Positions 17,293-28,569 of a stretch of DNA of 64,000 bases are shown here, piece after piece. The stretch covers positions 1,588 through 65,587 of the forward strand of contig CAYOWC010000003.1 of NCBI GenBank assembly GCA_964407525.1, in the 5' to 3' direction. The translations under genes and the position numbers were made by a program. Below the pieces are notes generated by a model, which did no database searches, was not told where the DNA came from, and saw only the letters and a list, made by a program, of their open reading frames with translations. How positions within the stretch are numbered: the stretch's first letter is position 1; every line of letters begins with the position of its first letter. Origin of the DNA: an uncultured Desulfobacteraceae bacterium. GTDB taxonomy: Bacteria > Desulfobacterota > DSM-4660 > Desulfatiglandales > Desulfatiglandaceae.

Positions 17293-18585
17293 CTACTGCC
17301 TCTCGGATTCCCTGGCAACCGCGCGGTAACCTATATCGGTTCGGTAGTAGGCATTTTCCCATTTGATTCTGTCGACCATTTCATAGGCTCTGGTTTGGGC
17401 TTCGCTGACTGTATCCCCAAGAGCTGTTACACACAGGACCCTCCCACCGTTTGTCGCAACACGACCATCTTTCATTGTGGTGCCGGCATGAAACACTTTC
17501 ATATCGCCGCTTTCTGAATCTTGAAGTCCCGAAATCGGGTCCCCTTTTTTATATTGCAAAGGATATCCCCCTGCAGCCATGACTACACCGAGGGCAGATC
17601 TTTCATCCCATGTTATCTCTACCTGATCCAATTTTTCGTCTAAGGCGGCCTCGCATATCTTTACAAGGTCCGATTTCAGGCGAAGGATGATAGGCTGCGT
17701 TTCAGGATCCCCGAAACGACAATTATACTCTAGAACCATGGGTGTTTCATCGGCCGTTACCATGATGCCCGCGTATAGGAATCCTGTGTAGGGATTGCCT
17801 TCAGAGGCCATCCCTTCTACCGTTGGAATGATCACTTCCTGCATGACGCGGTCACTGAGTTCCGGAGTAATGACCGGAGCAGGTGAGTAGGCACCCATGC
17901 CCCCTGTATTGGGGCCCTCATCTCCATTATCCCTGGCCTTATGATCTTGAGACGTGGCAAGAGGAAGAATGTTTTTGCCGTCGACTATTACGATGAAACT
18001 GGCTTCTTCTCCTTTAAGGCATTTTTCAATAATTACCCGTTTGCCCGCATCTCCAAAGGCTTTTCCGGACAACATTTCTTTTACGGCCACCATCGCTTCA
18101 GATTCAGACTGGGCGATGATAACTCCTTTCCCGGCAGCGAGGCCATCCGCCTTGATAACCACGGGAAGCCCCATTTTCCGGATGAATTCCTTTGCTCCAT
18201 GTAGTTCCGTGAAAGTTCTGTATTCAGCGGTGGGGATTTGGTGACGGGCGAGAAAGTCTTTGCAGAAAACTTTAGAACCTTCAAGTTGCGCTGCTCCCTT
18301 TGTAGGGCCGAAACATCTGAGACCGGCGTTAACAAACGCATCGGTAATTCCATTCACCAGTGGAACTTCCGGCCCTATGATGGTCATGTGCACATCTTTT
18401 TCCCTCGCAAAATTTACAAGAGCGTCGATTTCATCCGAGCCAATCTCAATATTTTCCAGCTTTGAATCGATGGCGGTTCCCGCGTTTCCCGGTGCTACAA
18501 AAACCTTTTCGATATCTTTTGCCTGGGCTATTTTCCATGCGATAGCGTGCTCGCGCCCGCCGCTGCCAACGACAAGTATTTTCAT
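17293..18585 (-). CDS. purD: Phosphoribosylamine-glycine ligase
   Basis: MKILVVGSGGREHAIAWKIAQ... with full-length ATP-grasp PurD architecture, 430 aa. Confidence 0.95.
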   Translation of the reverse strand: MKILVVGSGGREHAIAWKIAQAKDIEKVFVAPGNAGTAIDSKLENIEIGSDEIDALVNFAREKDVHMTIIGPEVPLVNGITDAFVNAGLRCFGPTKGAAQLEGSKVFCKDFLARHQIPTAEYRTFTELHGAKEFIRKMGLPVVIKADGLAAGKGVIIAQSESEAMVAVKEMLSGKAFGDAGKRVIIEKCLKGEEASFIVIVDGKNILPLATSQDHKARDNGDEGPNTGGMGAYSPAPVITPELSDRVMQEVIIPTVEGMASEGNPYTGFLYAGIMVTADETPMVLEYNCRFGDPETQPIILRLKSDLVKICEAALDEKLDQVEITWDERSALGVVMAAGGYPLQYKKGDPISGLQDSESGDMKVFHAGTTMKDGRVATNGGRVLCVTALGDTVSEAQTRAYEMVDRIKWENAYYRTDIGYRAVARESERQ

Positions 18586-18935
18586 GTTTTTATCTTCCTT
18601 ATCTTATAATTTAAAATAGAGGTACGCGAGGGGTACGCCAAAAAGTAAAATTGTCCTCAAAACCATGCAATAATTATGAAGCGTCTCCCTGGAATCTAAA
18701 TAAGCCTGAGCTGTAAGTCAAGGGAAATGAAAGTGCATTCATCCACCCTTCATTTAACCGGACGATGCTTCTTATCGGTCTTCTATATCGTTCTTCACGA
18801 TCATCGACCATGAGAATGTCCCTGTGCATCCTAATTTATCGCTAAAGCATCAAAATACCTCTTGCTACAAAAAAATAAATAGGTTTAAATGTCTCTAAAC
18901 GATAATTTATCACTTACATTATGGGGAGGTAGATC

Positions 18936-19505
18936 ATGAAAAGAACAATCGCAATTTTAGCACCTTTGTTTCTTCTGGCACTCGCAGGCTTCGCCTCTGC
19001 TGAATTTTTTGACAATGGGGATGGGACTATAATCGATAATAATACCGGTATGGTATGGCAAAAAGCATTTGTTAAAGGTGACCACGATGCCTCCAATAGA
19101 TATTGTGAGCAATCAGATACTGGGGGATATTATGATTGGAGAATCCCTACCCTGGCTGAATTACAGGTTATTATAGACCCGACCAGAAATGATCCATCTA
19201 TTTACCCTGAATTTTCCTGTGCAAGTGAAAAATTTTGGAGTTGTACACTTAGCTCGAATGGCAATTCGTTCTGGGTAATAAATTTTGCTAACGGTGAGAA
19301 CTCTAAAGGCTCAGGTAAATATGTACGATGTATAAGAAATGGCAAATTTGTAAGCGATTGTGCCACTCTTGAAAGCAACCTGGATATCAGTATCCCATGT
19401 CTTGATTACAATGGTGCTCAATTTATTTTGAAACTAAAGTATTACACAGACTCCTCACTTCCAGAAGGGTTCTATTGGGAATTAGACTCTATTCAAGAAA
19501 AATAA
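18936..19505 (+). CDS. Secreted DUF1566 (Lcl C-terminal-like) domain protein
   Basis: It has a signal peptide (MKRTIAILAPLFLLALAGFASA). DUF1566-type motifs are present (DNNTGMVWQK; YYDWRIPTLAELQ). GGGGAGG lies upstream of the ATG. Confidence 0.7.
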   Translation: MKRTIAILAPLFLLALAGFASAEFFDNGDGTIIDNNTGMVWQKAFVKGDHDASNRYCEQSDTGGYYDWRIPTLAELQVIIDPTRNDPSIYPEFSCASEKFWSCTLSSNGNSFWVINFANGENSKGSGKYVRCIRNGKFVSDCATLESNLDISIPCLDYNGAQFILKLKYYTDSSLPEGFYWELDSIQEK

Positions 19506-19689
19506 GCCACCAAGTAAAAAATATCCGCTCGGTTGTCAATGGTTTTGGCAGGTTGTGGGGGATGCGATACCTCTTGTTGTTGACTACTTGAAGAGTCATG
19601 GGTAACAATATTTATTAAGATTTATTGGAACACAAATCCTAGCGGATGGAAGCAGTTTGCTTTTTTGGGGAATAAATCGAAAAAAGTGC

Positions 19690-19718
19690 TTGACACAAGA
19701 AATTGATTGAATTATTAT
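19690..19718 (+). promoter_or_regulatory. Sigma-70 promoter of the ilv/leu operon
   Basis: TTGACA (19690-19695), a 17 nt spacer, then TATTAT (19713-19718). Confidence 0.55.
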
Positions 19719-19742
19719 TATTCTTTTGGAACGAAACTATTA

Positions 19743-19880
19743 ATGAGTGATTTGAGCGTTTTCATGAGTCCTATTGTAAATAGCATTATCGTCATTATCT
19801 GCGCAACGGGGGTCCTTGTATCCTTGTTGCTTAGCCTTTTGGTGGTCAAACCAAAATTCCCGGACCTGATAATGAGATAG
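19743..19880 (+). CDS. Ile/Leu/Val-rich leader peptide (45 codons) of a putative transcription attenuator
   Basis: My translation is MSDLSVFMSPIVNSIIVIICATGVLVSLLLSLLVVKPKFPDLIMR*. Of 45 residues, 21 are I, L or V. The ORF sits between the promoter and a strong terminator directly upstream of cimA. It is below the 60 aa cutoff of the ORF track. Confidence 0.5.
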   Translation: MSDLSVFMSPIVNSIIVIICATGVLVSLLLSLLVVKPKFPDLIMR

Positions 19881-19900
19881 TGAAACCAAGTAAGATTACA

Positions 19901-19939
19901 AAAACCGTTATCAGGCCCTCCTGATAACGGTTTTTTTTT
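19901..19939 (+). terminator. Intrinsic terminator (attenuator) upstream of cimA
   Basis: ccgttatcagg (19905-19915), loop ccct, then cctgataacgg (19920-19930), followed by T9. The octamer CCTGATAA also occurs at 19865-19872, inside the last leader codons. There it can pair with TTATCAGG (19908-19915) as an alternative antiterminator. Confidence 0.8.
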
Positions 19940-19967
19940 GCCTTAATGATAGAGATGGAGAATACCG

Positions 19968-21536
19968 ATGAATAAGAACGTTACTCTGTACGATACGACC
20001 CTTCGCGATGGGACCCAGGGGGAACAAGTGAATTTGTCTGCAGAGGACAAATTGAAAATTGCAAAAAAGCTCGATTCTTTCGGTATTCATTACATAGAAG
20101 GCGGGTGGCCCGGGTCCAACCCGAAGGACGCACGATTTTTTGAGATGGCGCGAAAAATTCCCTTCCAGACAGCAAGGCTTACGGCTTTTGGCAGCACACG
20201 AAGGGCGAATGTCTCGTCTGAAAAGGATGAAAACCTCAAAGCCCTCCTCATGACCGAAGTGGAAGTGGTTACCGTGTTCGGGAAGAGTTGGGATATTCAT
20301 GCCTCACACATCCTTCGAGTTTCGTTGGATGAAAATCTGGAGATGATTGAAGATACCGTTTCGTATATGAAACGAATGGGCCGTGAAGTAATCTATGATG
20401 CGGAGCATTTTTTTGATGGATACAGAAAAAATGAGGAATACGCTCTCCAATCGCTCAAGGCTGCGGAAGAAGGGGGGGCTGATGTTCTGGTGCTGTGTGA
20501 TACCAATGGCGGAACCATGCCGGATGATATCCGAAAAATCATAACAGATGTCCGATCAAAAGTGAGTCTTCCCCTTGGAATTCACGTTCATAATGATTGT
20601 GGGCTCGCTGTCGCTAATTCTCTTGTGGCAGTTCAGTGCGGCGTCAGTATGGTTCAGGGGACCATTAATGGGTATGGAGAACGGTGCGGAAATGTAGATC
20701 TCACATCCGTGATCGGCAATCTTCAGTTAAAGATGGGATATTCGTGTATTGCGAAAGAAAAGATGAATCAGCTCACTGACTTGTCACGTTTTGTAAGCGA
20801 TGTGGCCAATGTTCCTCCGTTGAACCATCGACCTTTTGTGGGGAAAAGCGCATTTGCCCACAAAGGAGGCGTTCATGTGAGTGCGGTCATGAAACTGCCG
20901 GAAGCCTACGAACATATCCCTCCCGGTCGTACCGGGAATCGACGCCGTATCCTGGTTTCGGATCTTTCAGGAAAAAGCAATATCGATTTTAAGGCTGGCG
21001 AAATGGGCATCAGCCTCGGTGGCAATGGTTATGACAGTGGGAAAATTGTTCAGGAAGTCAAGAAACTGGAGGATCAGGGGTATGAGTTCGATGCGGCTGA
21101 GGGTTCCCTGGAACTCTTAATCAAAAAAGTGACAGGGCAGTTTCTCGAACCTTTTTCTCTCGAATCTTTCAGGGTGACCACGGAAAAGGATCTTTCCAAT
21201 GAAAGCCTTTCTCAGGCCACTATCAAGATCCGTGTCGGAAATGATTATGAGATTACTGCTGCGGAAGGGGATGGTCCTGTGAGCGCCTTGGATAATGCCT
21301 TAAGAAAGGCTCTCATCAAGTTCTATCCTCGAATTGAAGAAATGGGTCTGGTGGACTTTAAAGTGCGCGTGATTGATGGAAACAAAGGTTCTTCTTCACG
21401 GGTGAGGGTTCAAATTGAATCGAGAGATAGTCGTGAGATCTGGTCGACTATCGGGGTATCGGAAAACATTATCGAGGCCAGTTGGCAGGCACTGGTAGAC
21501 AGTGTGCAGTATAAATTGTTAAAGGATATTGGATGA
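19968..21536 (+). CDS. cimA: (R)-citramalate synthase (LeuA-family, CimA type)
   Basis: The N-terminus is [54 protein letters not shown]. This is the form seen in Geobacter-type citramalate synthases rather than LeuA. It has a C-terminal LeuA-dimer-type regulatory domain. Confidence 0.8.
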   Translation: MNKNVTLYDTTLRDGTQGEQVNLSAEDKLKIAKKLDSFGIHYIEGGWPGSNPKDARFFEMARKIPFQTARLTAFGSTRRANVSSEKDENLKALLMTEVEVVTVFGKSWDIHASHILRVSLDENLEMIEDTVSYMKRMGREVIYDAEHFFDGYRKNEEYALQSLKAAEEGGADVLVLCDTNGGTMPDDIRKIITDVRSKVSLPLGIHVHNDCGLAVANSLVAVQCGVSMVQGTINGYGERCGNVDLTSVIGNLQLKMGYSCIAKEKMNQLTDLSRFVSDVANVPPLNHRPFVGKSAFAHKGGVHVSAVMKLPEAYEHIPPGRTGNRRRILVSDLSGKSNIDFKAGEMGISLGGNGYDSGKIVQEVKKLEDQGYEFDAAEGSLELLIKKVTGQFLEPFSLESFRVTTEKDLSNESLSQATIKIRVGNDYEITAAEGDGPVSALDNALRKALIKFYPRIEEMGLVDFKVRVIDGNKGSSSRVRVQIESRDSREIWSTIGVSENIIEASWQALVDSVQYKLLKDIG

Positions 21537-21704
21537 AAACAAGCATGGAAATAAATGAACCACTGATTCAAAGGGAGAGCAGCGCCGCAGATGCCGGGTT
21601 TAACGGAAATCTGCGGTGTATCCTTATGACTGCAGTTTGAAAAAGTGACTACAGCGAAAGACTTTTGAACTGAATAGACACCAAATTCATAAGGAGATAC
21701 TTTA

Positions 21705-23261
21705 ATGGAAGACCGAATTATTATTTTTGATACGACTCTCAGGGATGGCGAGCAGTCTCCCGGAGCCAGCATGAACAGCGCGGAAAAGATGCGTCTTGCC
21801 GTACAGTTGGAGAAACTGGGGGTGGATGTGATGGAAGCCGGATTTCCGGCATCCTCGCCCGGCGATTTTGAATCAGTCCAGATGATTGCTGAAAAAATTC
21901 GGAATGTGGAGGTTACAGCCCTTGCCAGGACTGCGAAGGGAGATATCGACAAGGCATGGGGCGCAGTGCAAAACGCGGCAAAACCAAGGATTCACACGTT
22001 TATTGCCACATCGGACATTCATATGAAGTATAAATTGAAAATGTCCCGTGATCAGGTTGTCAGGGAGGCCGTGGAGGCGGTAAAATATGCGAGGACATTT
22101 ACGGACAACATCGAATTCTCAACAGAGGACGGGACTCGAAGCGACCGGGATTTTCTGTGCAGAATATTTGAGGCGGCCATTGAGGCGGGGGCTTCTACCA
22201 TAAATTTACCCGATACAGTGGGATACACTGTCCCTGAAGAGTTTTTCGAACTGGTTTCTTATGTGAGGGCCCACACACCCAATATCCACAAAGCGGTTAT
22301 GAGCATCCACTGCCATAACGATCTGGGACTGGCTACCGCGAATACTCTTGCGGGAATCAGGGCAGGGGCGAGGCAGGCGGAAGTTACGGTAAACGGCATT
22401 GGTGAGAGGGCAGGCAATACTTCTCTTGAAGAGATCGTTATGGCCCTTTACACCAGGATGAATGTGATGCATCTCAGTTCGTCCGTCAATGCCAAGGAGA
22501 TCTATCCGGCCAGCAGGCTTGTGTCTATGATTACCGGTATTGTCGTCCAGCCGAATAAGGCCATTGTTGGTGCCAATGCCTTTGCCCATGAGGCCGGTAT
22601 TCACCAGGACGGTGTATTAAAAAACCCCATGACGTACGAAATCATGAATCCCGAAACAGTCGGCCTTTCCAGCAATAAACTGGTGATCGGGAAACATTCC
22701 GGGAGACACGCTTTCAAGGAAAAACTGGCTGATCTGGGTTATGATCTGTCAAAAGATGAAATGAACATGCTTTTTGGGAAATTTAAGGATTTGGCGGATA
22801 AGAGAAAAGAGATTCTTGATGAGGATATTGAGGTTCTGGTAGCCGAGGAAATATTAAGGGTATCTGATATTTTTAAACTCGAATATCTGAATGTGGTAAG
22901 CGGCACTGTTGCAGTCCCCACGGCCACAGTGAAACTGATGATCAGGGATGAAGAAGCCCAGGGAGCTGGATTTGGTGTGGGTCCCATTGACGCGGCCTTC
23001 AATACCATTGCCAAGATGACCGGCAGTGAATCGAAACTGGTCCGTTTTTCCGTCAATGCCATCAGCGGTGGTATGGACGCACAGGGGGAAGTGACCGTTC
23101 GTTTGAAGGAGAATGGATTCGTGGCCCTGGGAAAAGGGGCCGATTCCGATATTATCACGGCCAGTGCCAAGGCCTTTGTAAACGGTCTGAACAGGCTTGA
23201 ATATATGAAAAATAACCCCACGCTTTCTCCTTACCAGAGAAGCCCGGCGACAGAGAGTTGA
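21705..23261 (+). CDS. leuA: 2-isopropylmalate synthase
   Basis: [19 protein letters not shown]... and [14 protein letters not shown] are present. It has a C-terminal LeuA allosteric domain. Length is 518 aa. Confidence 0.9.
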   Translation: MEDRIIIFDTTLRDGEQSPGASMNSAEKMRLAVQLEKLGVDVMEAGFPASSPGDFESVQMIAEKIRNVEVTALARTAKGDIDKAWGAVQNAAKPRIHTFIATSDIHMKYKLKMSRDQVVREAVEAVKYARTFTDNIEFSTEDGTRSDRDFLCRIFEAAIEAGASTINLPDTVGYTVPEEFFELVSYVRAHTPNIHKAVMSIHCHNDLGLATANTLAGIRAGARQAEVTVNGIGERAGNTSLEEIVMALYTRMNVMHLSSSVNAKEIYPASRLVSMITGIVVQPNKAIVGANAFAHEAGIHQDGVLKNPMTYEIMNPETVGLSSNKLVIGKHSGRHAFKEKLADLGYDLSKDEMNMLFGKFKDLADKRKEILDEDIEVLVAEEILRVSDIFKLEYLNVVSGTVAVPTATVKLMIRDEEAQGAGFGVGPIDAAFNTIAKMTGSESKLVRFSVNAISGGMDAQGEVTVRLKENGFVALGKGADSDIITASAKAFVNGLNRLEYMKNNPTLSPYQRSPATES

Positions 23262-23269
23262 AAATTCAT

Positions 23270-23300
23270 GGTCTCGCGCAGAGACGCAGAGGCGCAGAGA
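23270..23300. repeat. Short GC-rich intergenic repeat (GGTCTCGCGCAGAG... family)
   Basis: The sequence is ggtctcgcgcagagacgcagaggcgcagaga. Its 14-mer GGTCTCGCGCAGAG recurs in inverted orientation at 41706-41719. Confidence 0.4.
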
Positions 23301-23362
23301 ATTGAATGACTTTTTTTGGTCTTGACGTTGGACAAACGGAGTTCTTACGAGGACATTAACTT

Positions 23363-24619
23363 ATGAATGCAATGACTATTACAGAAAAGATCCTGGCTTC
23401 CCATGCGGGAGTTGAATCGGTTAGTCCCGGGGAAATGGTGCAGGTGAAAGTGGATCTTGCCCTGGCCAATGATATTACAGCGCCCCTTTCCATCAATGTT
23501 TTTAACGAATTGGGGACGGACACGGTTTTTGATTGCGACAAGGTTGCTCTTGTCCAAGATCATTTTGTTCCCAACAAAGATATCCCTTCGGCCGAACAGG
23601 CTATGATCATGAAGAAATTTGCCTTGGAACACCAGGTTACTCACTATTACGATCTTGGTGAGGCAGGAATCGAGCATGTTATCTTGCCCGAGAAAGGGCT
23701 GGTGGTTCCGGGAGATGTGGTGATAGGGGCAGACAGCCATACCTGTACCTACGGGGCGCTTGGGGCTTTTTCGGCAGGTGTTGGCAGTACCGATCTGGGT
23801 GTTATTCTTGCCACAGGGTCTGTCTGGCTGAAGGTCCCCAAGACCATTAAGTTGGTGTACGACGGCAGTTTGGGGCCATGGGTGGGCGGAAAGGATCTGA
23901 TTCTCTTTACCCTGGGTCTGATCGGGAACCAGGTTTATAAAACCCTTGAGTTTTCAGGCCCGTTGATGTCTAACTTGCCCATGTCGGACAGATTGACTAT
24001 GGCTAACATGGCGGTGGAAGCCGGTGCTAAAAGTGGTATATTCGAGCCTGATGAGATTACAAGAGGATATCTCCAAAACCGGACAGACAGGGAGGGCGTG
24101 TATCTTTCCAGCGATCTCGATGCCGAATATGATCGAATCGTAGCCATCAATGTGGATGATATGGAACCCCAGATCGCCTGTCCTTCCACTCCGGATAATG
24201 TATATCCCGTATCCCAGGTCGAAAAGGTGGCTCTAGATCAGGTCTTTATCGGGTCATGTACGAACGGGCGTTTGGAAGATCTTCAAATAGCGGCGGATCT
24301 ATTGAAAGGGAAATCGGTGTGCCGTGGAGTAAGATTGATTGTTATCCCCGGATCTCCTGCCGTTTATAAGGAAGCGATCAAGAGGGGAATCGTTGAAACT
24401 CTTCTTGATTCCGGGGCTGTGATAGGACCTCCAACCTGTGGTCCATGTCTCGGAGGGCATATGGGGGTTCTGGCCAAGGGTGAAAAGGCTGTTTCGACCA
24501 CCAACAGAAACTTTGTGGGCCGGATGGGGCATGCGGAAAGCGAAGTGTACCTTGCCAGTCCTGCCGTTGCGGCGGCGTCGGCCGTTTTCGGAAGAATTGC
24601 CGGGCCGTCGGAATTGTGA
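23363..24619 (+). CDS. leuC: 3-isopropylmalate (and citramalate-pathway) dehydratase large subunit
   Basis: It belongs to the aconitase family (GADSHTCTYGALGAF; GSCTNGR; CGPCLG). Length is 418 aa. Confidence 0.9.
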   Translation: MNAMTITEKILASHAGVESVSPGEMVQVKVDLALANDITAPLSINVFNELGTDTVFDCDKVALVQDHFVPNKDIPSAEQAMIMKKFALEHQVTHYYDLGEAGIEHVILPEKGLVVPGDVVIGADSHTCTYGALGAFSAGVGSTDLGVILATGSVWLKVPKTIKLVYDGSLGPWVGGKDLILFTLGLIGNQVYKTLEFSGPLMSNLPMSDRLTMANMAVEAGAKSGIFEPDEITRGYLQNRTDREGVYLSSDLDAEYDRIVAINVDDMEPQIACPSTPDNVYPVSQVEKVALDQVFIGSCTNGRLEDLQIAADLLKGKSVCRGVRLIVIPGSPAVYKEAIKRGIVETLLDSGAVIGPPTCGPCLGGHMGVLAKGEKAVSTTNRNFVGRMGHAESEVYLASPAVAAASAVFGRIAGPSEL

Positions 24620-24650
24620 TTTGTAAGCCTATTCAGGAGGATAATTGGTT

Positions 24651-25148
24651 ATGAAATTTGAAGGTAGGGTATGGAAATTTGGCGATAATGTGGATACGGA
24701 TGTGATTATCCCGGCCAGGTTTCTCAATGTTTCAGACAAGGATGAACTGGCAAAAAACTGTTTTGCCGACGCGAGTCCCGGGTTTTCTGAAAAGGTTCAT
24801 CCGGGGGATATTATTGTAGCGGGGGATAATTTTGGTTCAGGGTCTTCGAGAGAACATGCGCCCCTGGCGATCAAGTTTGCAGGTATCGGGGTCGTTATTG
24901 CCAAGAGTTTTGCACGCATTTTTTATAGAAACGCTTTCAATATAGGCCTGCCTATTCTCGAAGCGCCTGAGGCGGATGACCTTTTCGAACAAGACGATCC
25001 CATTCGTGTGGATATTTCTTCCGGAAAGATCATGGGAGCGAAGGATGGAGAGGTTCTTTTTGCGAAACCTATTCCTGATTTTATGAGGAATATTATCAAT
25101 GCGGGCGGCCTGGTGGCCTATACAAAGAAGGCCCGTGAAACAAAGTGA
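24651..25148 (+). CDS. leuD: 3-isopropylmalate dehydratase small subunit
   Basis: [25 protein letters not shown]... and [10 protein letters not shown] are present. I prefer the ATG at 24651 over the track's TTG at 24645. Confidence 0.9.
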   Translation: MKFEGRVWKFGDNVDTDVIIPARFLNVSDKDELAKNCFADASPGFSEKVHPGDIIVAGDNFGSGSSREHAPLAIKFAGIGVVIAKSFARIFYRNAFNIGLPILEAPEADDLFEQDDPIRVDISSGKIMGAKDGEVLFAKPIPDFMRNIINAGGLVAYTKKARETK

Positions 25149-25155
25149 GGTAAGA

Positions 25156-26826
25156 ATGAAAAGTGACGCTATTAAAAAAGGGATCGACCGAGCACCACAC
25201 AGGTCTCTTCTCAAGGCAATGGGATATACGGACGAAGAAATCCGGAAACCGATTATTGGTATTGCCAGTTCCAGGAACGAGATTATTCCGGGACATATTC
25301 ACTTAGACAAAATCGTGGAAGCTGTCAAGGCGGGCGTGTACATGGCGGGCGGTACTCCCATGGTTTTCGGAACCATAGGGGTTTGCGACGGCATTGCCAT
25401 GAATCATGAAGGAATGAAGTATTCGCTGGCGAGTCGTGAACTGATCGCCGATTCCATTGAGGTAACGGCCATGGCCCACGCCTTTGACGGATTGGTTCTG
25501 GTACCAAACTGCGACAAAATTGTTCCGGGTATGCTTATGGCGGCAGCGAGATTGAATCTGCCTTCTATTTTTGTGAGCGGCGGTCCCATGTTAGCCGGTC
25601 GCCATCCGGATAAATCGAGCGACAAGAGGATTGATCTGGCCACGGTATTCGAAGCTGTCGGAGCGGTCCATGCCGGAAAGATGTCTCCCGAGATGTTGTC
25701 TGAGATAGAAGATGTTGCCTGTCCCACATGTGGTTCCTGCGCGGGGATGTTTACAGCCAATTCCATGAACTGCCTTACGGAAGCCCTGGGTATGGCCCTT
25801 CCGGGAAATGGTACGATTCCCGCCGTAATGGCTGCCCGTATCAGGCTGGCAAAGAAGACCGGAATGAGAATTATGGACCTTTTTAAAGAAGGTTTGACGC
25901 CGGACCAAATTATGACGGAAGATGCTTTCACCAATGCCCTTACAGTCGATATGTCGCTGGGATGTTCAACCAATACTGTTCTACATCTCTGGGCAATCGC
26001 TCTTGAGGCTGGTGTTACCCTGGATCTTGAGAAGTTAAATGATATCAGTTCAAAAACTCCTCATCTTTGCAAATTGAGCCCTGCAGGGACTGATCATGTG
26101 GAAGACCTTGATCGTGCGGGAGGCGTCAGTGCCGTCATGGGTGAACTGGCCGCCGCCGGCTTATTGAAAGGCACCGTCCTTACCGTCTCCGGAGAAAGTG
26201 TCGGAGATATGGCCGCCGCTGCCATGAATCTGAATAAAGAGGTCATTCGGCCCATTTCGGATCCCCACAGCAAGGAAGGAGGGCTTGCGGTTTTATTCGG
26301 AAATCTGGCCCCGGATGGATGCGTGGTGAAACAAGGTGCTGTTTCGAAAGAGATGATGGTCCACAAAGGGCCGGCAAGAGTCTTTGAATCGGAAGAGGAA
26401 GCGACTGAAGAGATCATGGCTGGCCGCATTAATAAGGGAGATGTGGTGGTGATTAGATACGAAGGGCCAAAAGGGGGACCGGGGATGCGCGAGATGTTGA
26501 CTCCCACTTCCGCCTTATCGGGCATGGGTATTGACAGCCATGTGGCTCTGATCACCGATGGGCGTTTTTCAGGTGCTACCAGGGGGGCGGCCATAGGCCA
26601 TATCTCTCCAGAGGCCATGGAGGGCGGTCCCATTGCGATCATTCAACCGGGAGATACCGTTATCATAGATATCCCAAACAGGACCATCACCCTGGACGTT
26701 CCCAGTGACGAAATCAAGGCACGTCTTGATGCCTGGAAGGCCCCTGCCCCCAGGATTACTACCGGCTATATGGCTAGGTACGCCCGGCACGTCTCTTCGG
26801 CCAGTAAAGGTGCGGTCTTTCGATAA
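25156..26826 (+). CDS. ilvD: Dihydroxy-acid dehydratase
   Basis: [24 protein letters not shown]... and [12 protein letters not shown] are present. The internal ATG at 25156 follows the leuD stop; the track start at 25099 overlaps leuD. Confidence 0.95.
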   Translation: MKSDAIKKGIDRAPHRSLLKAMGYTDEEIRKPIIGIASSRNEIIPGHIHLDKIVEAVKAGVYMAGGTPMVFGTIGVCDGIAMNHEGMKYSLASRELIADSIEVTAMAHAFDGLVLVPNCDKIVPGMLMAAARLNLPSIFVSGGPMLAGRHPDKSSDKRIDLATVFEAVGAVHAGKMSPEMLSEIEDVACPTCGSCAGMFTANSMNCLTEALGMALPGNGTIPAVMAARIRLAKKTGMRIMDLFKEGLTPDQIMTEDAFTNALTVDMSLGCSTNTVLHLWAIALEAGVTLDLEKLNDISSKTPHLCKLSPAGTDHVEDLDRAGGVSAVMGELAAAGLLKGTVLTVSGESVGDMAAAAMNLNKEVIRPISDPHSKEGGLAVLFGNLAPDGCVVKQGAVSKEMMVHKGPARVFESEEEATEEIMAGRINKGDVVVIRYEGPKGGPGMREMLTPTSALSGMGIDSHVALITDGRFSGATRGAAIGHISPEAMEGGPIAIIQPGDTVIIDIPNRTITLDVPSDEIKARLDAWKAPAPRITTGYMARYARHVSSASKGAVFR

Positions 26827-26841
26827 AACATAAGGAAGGAG

Positions 26842-28536
26842 GTGTTTGTCATCAAACAGAAAGGTTCCATAATACTACTGAACGCGCTAGCTGAAGAAGG
26901 CGTGAAAACCATTTTCGGTTATCCCGGCGCGGCCATTATTGACTTGAGCGATGAACTGGTCAAAACAGATATTAACCATATTCTGGTGAGGCATGAACAA
27001 GGCGCTGTCCATGCAGCAGACGGGTACGCCCGCGCATCGGGTGGAGTAGGGGTTTGTCTTGTCACATCGGGCCCCGGGGCTACCAATACCGTTACAGGAA
27101 TTGCATCGGCCTATTGCGATTCGATTCCCATTGTTGTAATCACCGGGCAGGTCCCCACAGGGCTGATCGGCAATGATGCATTCCAGGAGGTTGACATTGT
27201 TGGGATAACGCGGCCCTGCACCAAGCACAATTATCTTGTCACCAAGATAGAAGATCTAGGGAAAACCATAAAAGAGGCTTTTTATCTTGCGAGATCCGGT
27301 CGCCCGGGACCCGTCCTTGTGGATATTCCGAAAGATCTGTTTACCATGGAATTTGATTGTAAGTCTCAAGATTGCGTAAAGCTCCGATCATATAGTCCCA
27401 CATATGACCCGAATATAAGGCAGCTTAAAAAAGTTGCACGTTTGATCGAAAAAGCAAAACAACCATTGATTCTGGCGGGAGGGGGCGTCATTTTATCCAA
27501 GGGCTCCGATTCTCTGAAAAAATTTGCGGAAGCCATTGCTTCTCCTGTTACGTCCACGCTCATGGGCCTGGGGTGTTTCCCTACGCAGACTCCTTACTGG
27601 CTTGGTATGATCGGTATGCACGGGACGTACAGGGCGAATATGGCTTCCGCCAATTGTGATTTGCTTATCGCCGTCGGTGTTCGTTTTGATGATCGGGTGA
27701 CCGGAAAAATTGATGGATTTGCTCCCAAGGCAACCATTGTGCATATCGATATCGACCCCACATCGATAAGGAAAAATGTGTCGGTAAGTGTCCCTGTGGT
27801 GGGTGACTGCAAATTGACTCTGGATCTCTTAAACGAACTTTTGGAGGAGAAACCCCTTGGGGATCTTTCGGAATCCCGTGCTCCGTGGCTGGATCAGATT
27901 GAGGAGTGGAAGAGTACCAAGAAATTGAGCTATTCTCAAGATCAAGTGATCAAACCCCAGTACGTCATAGAGAAGTTGTACGAATTGACGAAAGGGGAGG
28001 CTATTATCACCACGGAAGTGGGGCAAAATCAGATGTGGGCTGCCCAGTACTACCATTTTGACAAGCCTAATTGTTTCATTACTTCGGGCGGGCTGGGATG
28101 CATGGGGTTCGGATTGCCGGCAGCCATAGGCGCCCAGATTGCGAGACCAGACAAGCTTGTTGTGGATGTTGCGGGTGATGGAAGTATCCAGATGAACATA
28201 CAGGAGATGGCAACCGCTGTGCAATACGGGCTTCCCGTTAAAGTCGTAATCCTGAACAACAGGTTTTTGGGGATGGTAAGACAGTGGCAGGAGTTGTTTT
28301 ACGACAAACGGTATGCGTGTACGGAAATGGATCATGCTCCCGATTTCATCAAACTGGCAGAGGCCTATGGGGCGGTTGGACTGAGGGCCACCAGCCCGGA
28401 AGAGGTCGAATCCGTTTTGAAAGAGGGTCTTTCTCTGCCAAAAACGGTTATAATGGAGTTCGTTGTTGAACAGGAAGAAAAAGTATACCCTATGGTGCCG
28501 GCGGGCGCGCCGATTACTGAAATGCTATTGGTGTAG
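26842..28536 (+). CDS. ilvB: Acetolactate synthase (AHAS) large subunit
   Basis: A ThDP enzyme (GYPGAAI; GGLGCMGFGLPAAIGA; GDGSIQMNIQE). It uses a GTG start preceded by AAGGAAGGAG. Confidence 0.9.
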   Translation: MFVIKQKGSIILLNALAEEGVKTIFGYPGAAIIDLSDELVKTDINHILVRHEQGAVHAADGYARASGGVGVCLVTSGPGATNTVTGIASAYCDSIPIVVITGQVPTGLIGNDAFQEVDIVGITRPCTKHNYLVTKIEDLGKTIKEAFYLARSGRPGPVLVDIPKDLFTMEFDCKSQDCVKLRSYSPTYDPNIRQLKKVARLIEKAKQPLILAGGGVILSKGSDSLKKFAEAIASPVTSTLMGLGCFPTQTPYWLGMIGMHGTYRANMASANCDLLIAVGVRFDDRVTGKIDGFAPKATIVHIDIDPTSIRKNVSVSVPVVGDCKLTLDLLNELLEEKPLGDLSESRAPWLDQIEEWKSTKKLSYSQDQVIKPQYVIEKLYELTKGEAIITTEVGQNQMWAAQYYHFDKPNCFITSGGLGCMGFGLPAAIGAQIARPDKLVVDVAGDGSIQMNIQEMATAVQYGLPVKVVILNNRFLGMVRQWQELFYDKRYACTEMDHAPDFIKLAEAYGAVGLRATSPEEVESVLKEGLSLPKTVIMEFVVEQEEKVYPMVPAGAPITEMLLV

Positions 28537-28569
28537 TCCGATATGGATGGAAACTAAAGGATAGTATTT

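Noticed and set aside
18586-18935. Purine or ZTP riboswitch upstream of purD, or an sRNA in the purD/DUF1566 divergent spacer.
   Set aside because: I found no match to the purine or ZTP (pfl) conserved cores by eye and no obvious terminator-type hairpin. The region is simply AT-rich promoter DNA.
21537-21704. Possible Leu T-box or second leader peptide between cimA and leuA.
   Set aside because: The only small ORF (MEINEPLIQRESSAADAGFNGNLRCILMTAV) is not Leu-rich. I saw no T-box core (AAnnnGGGTGGTACCGCG-like). The 8-bp hairpin at 21585-21616 lacks a U-tract. I noted it only as a possible processing or stability element.
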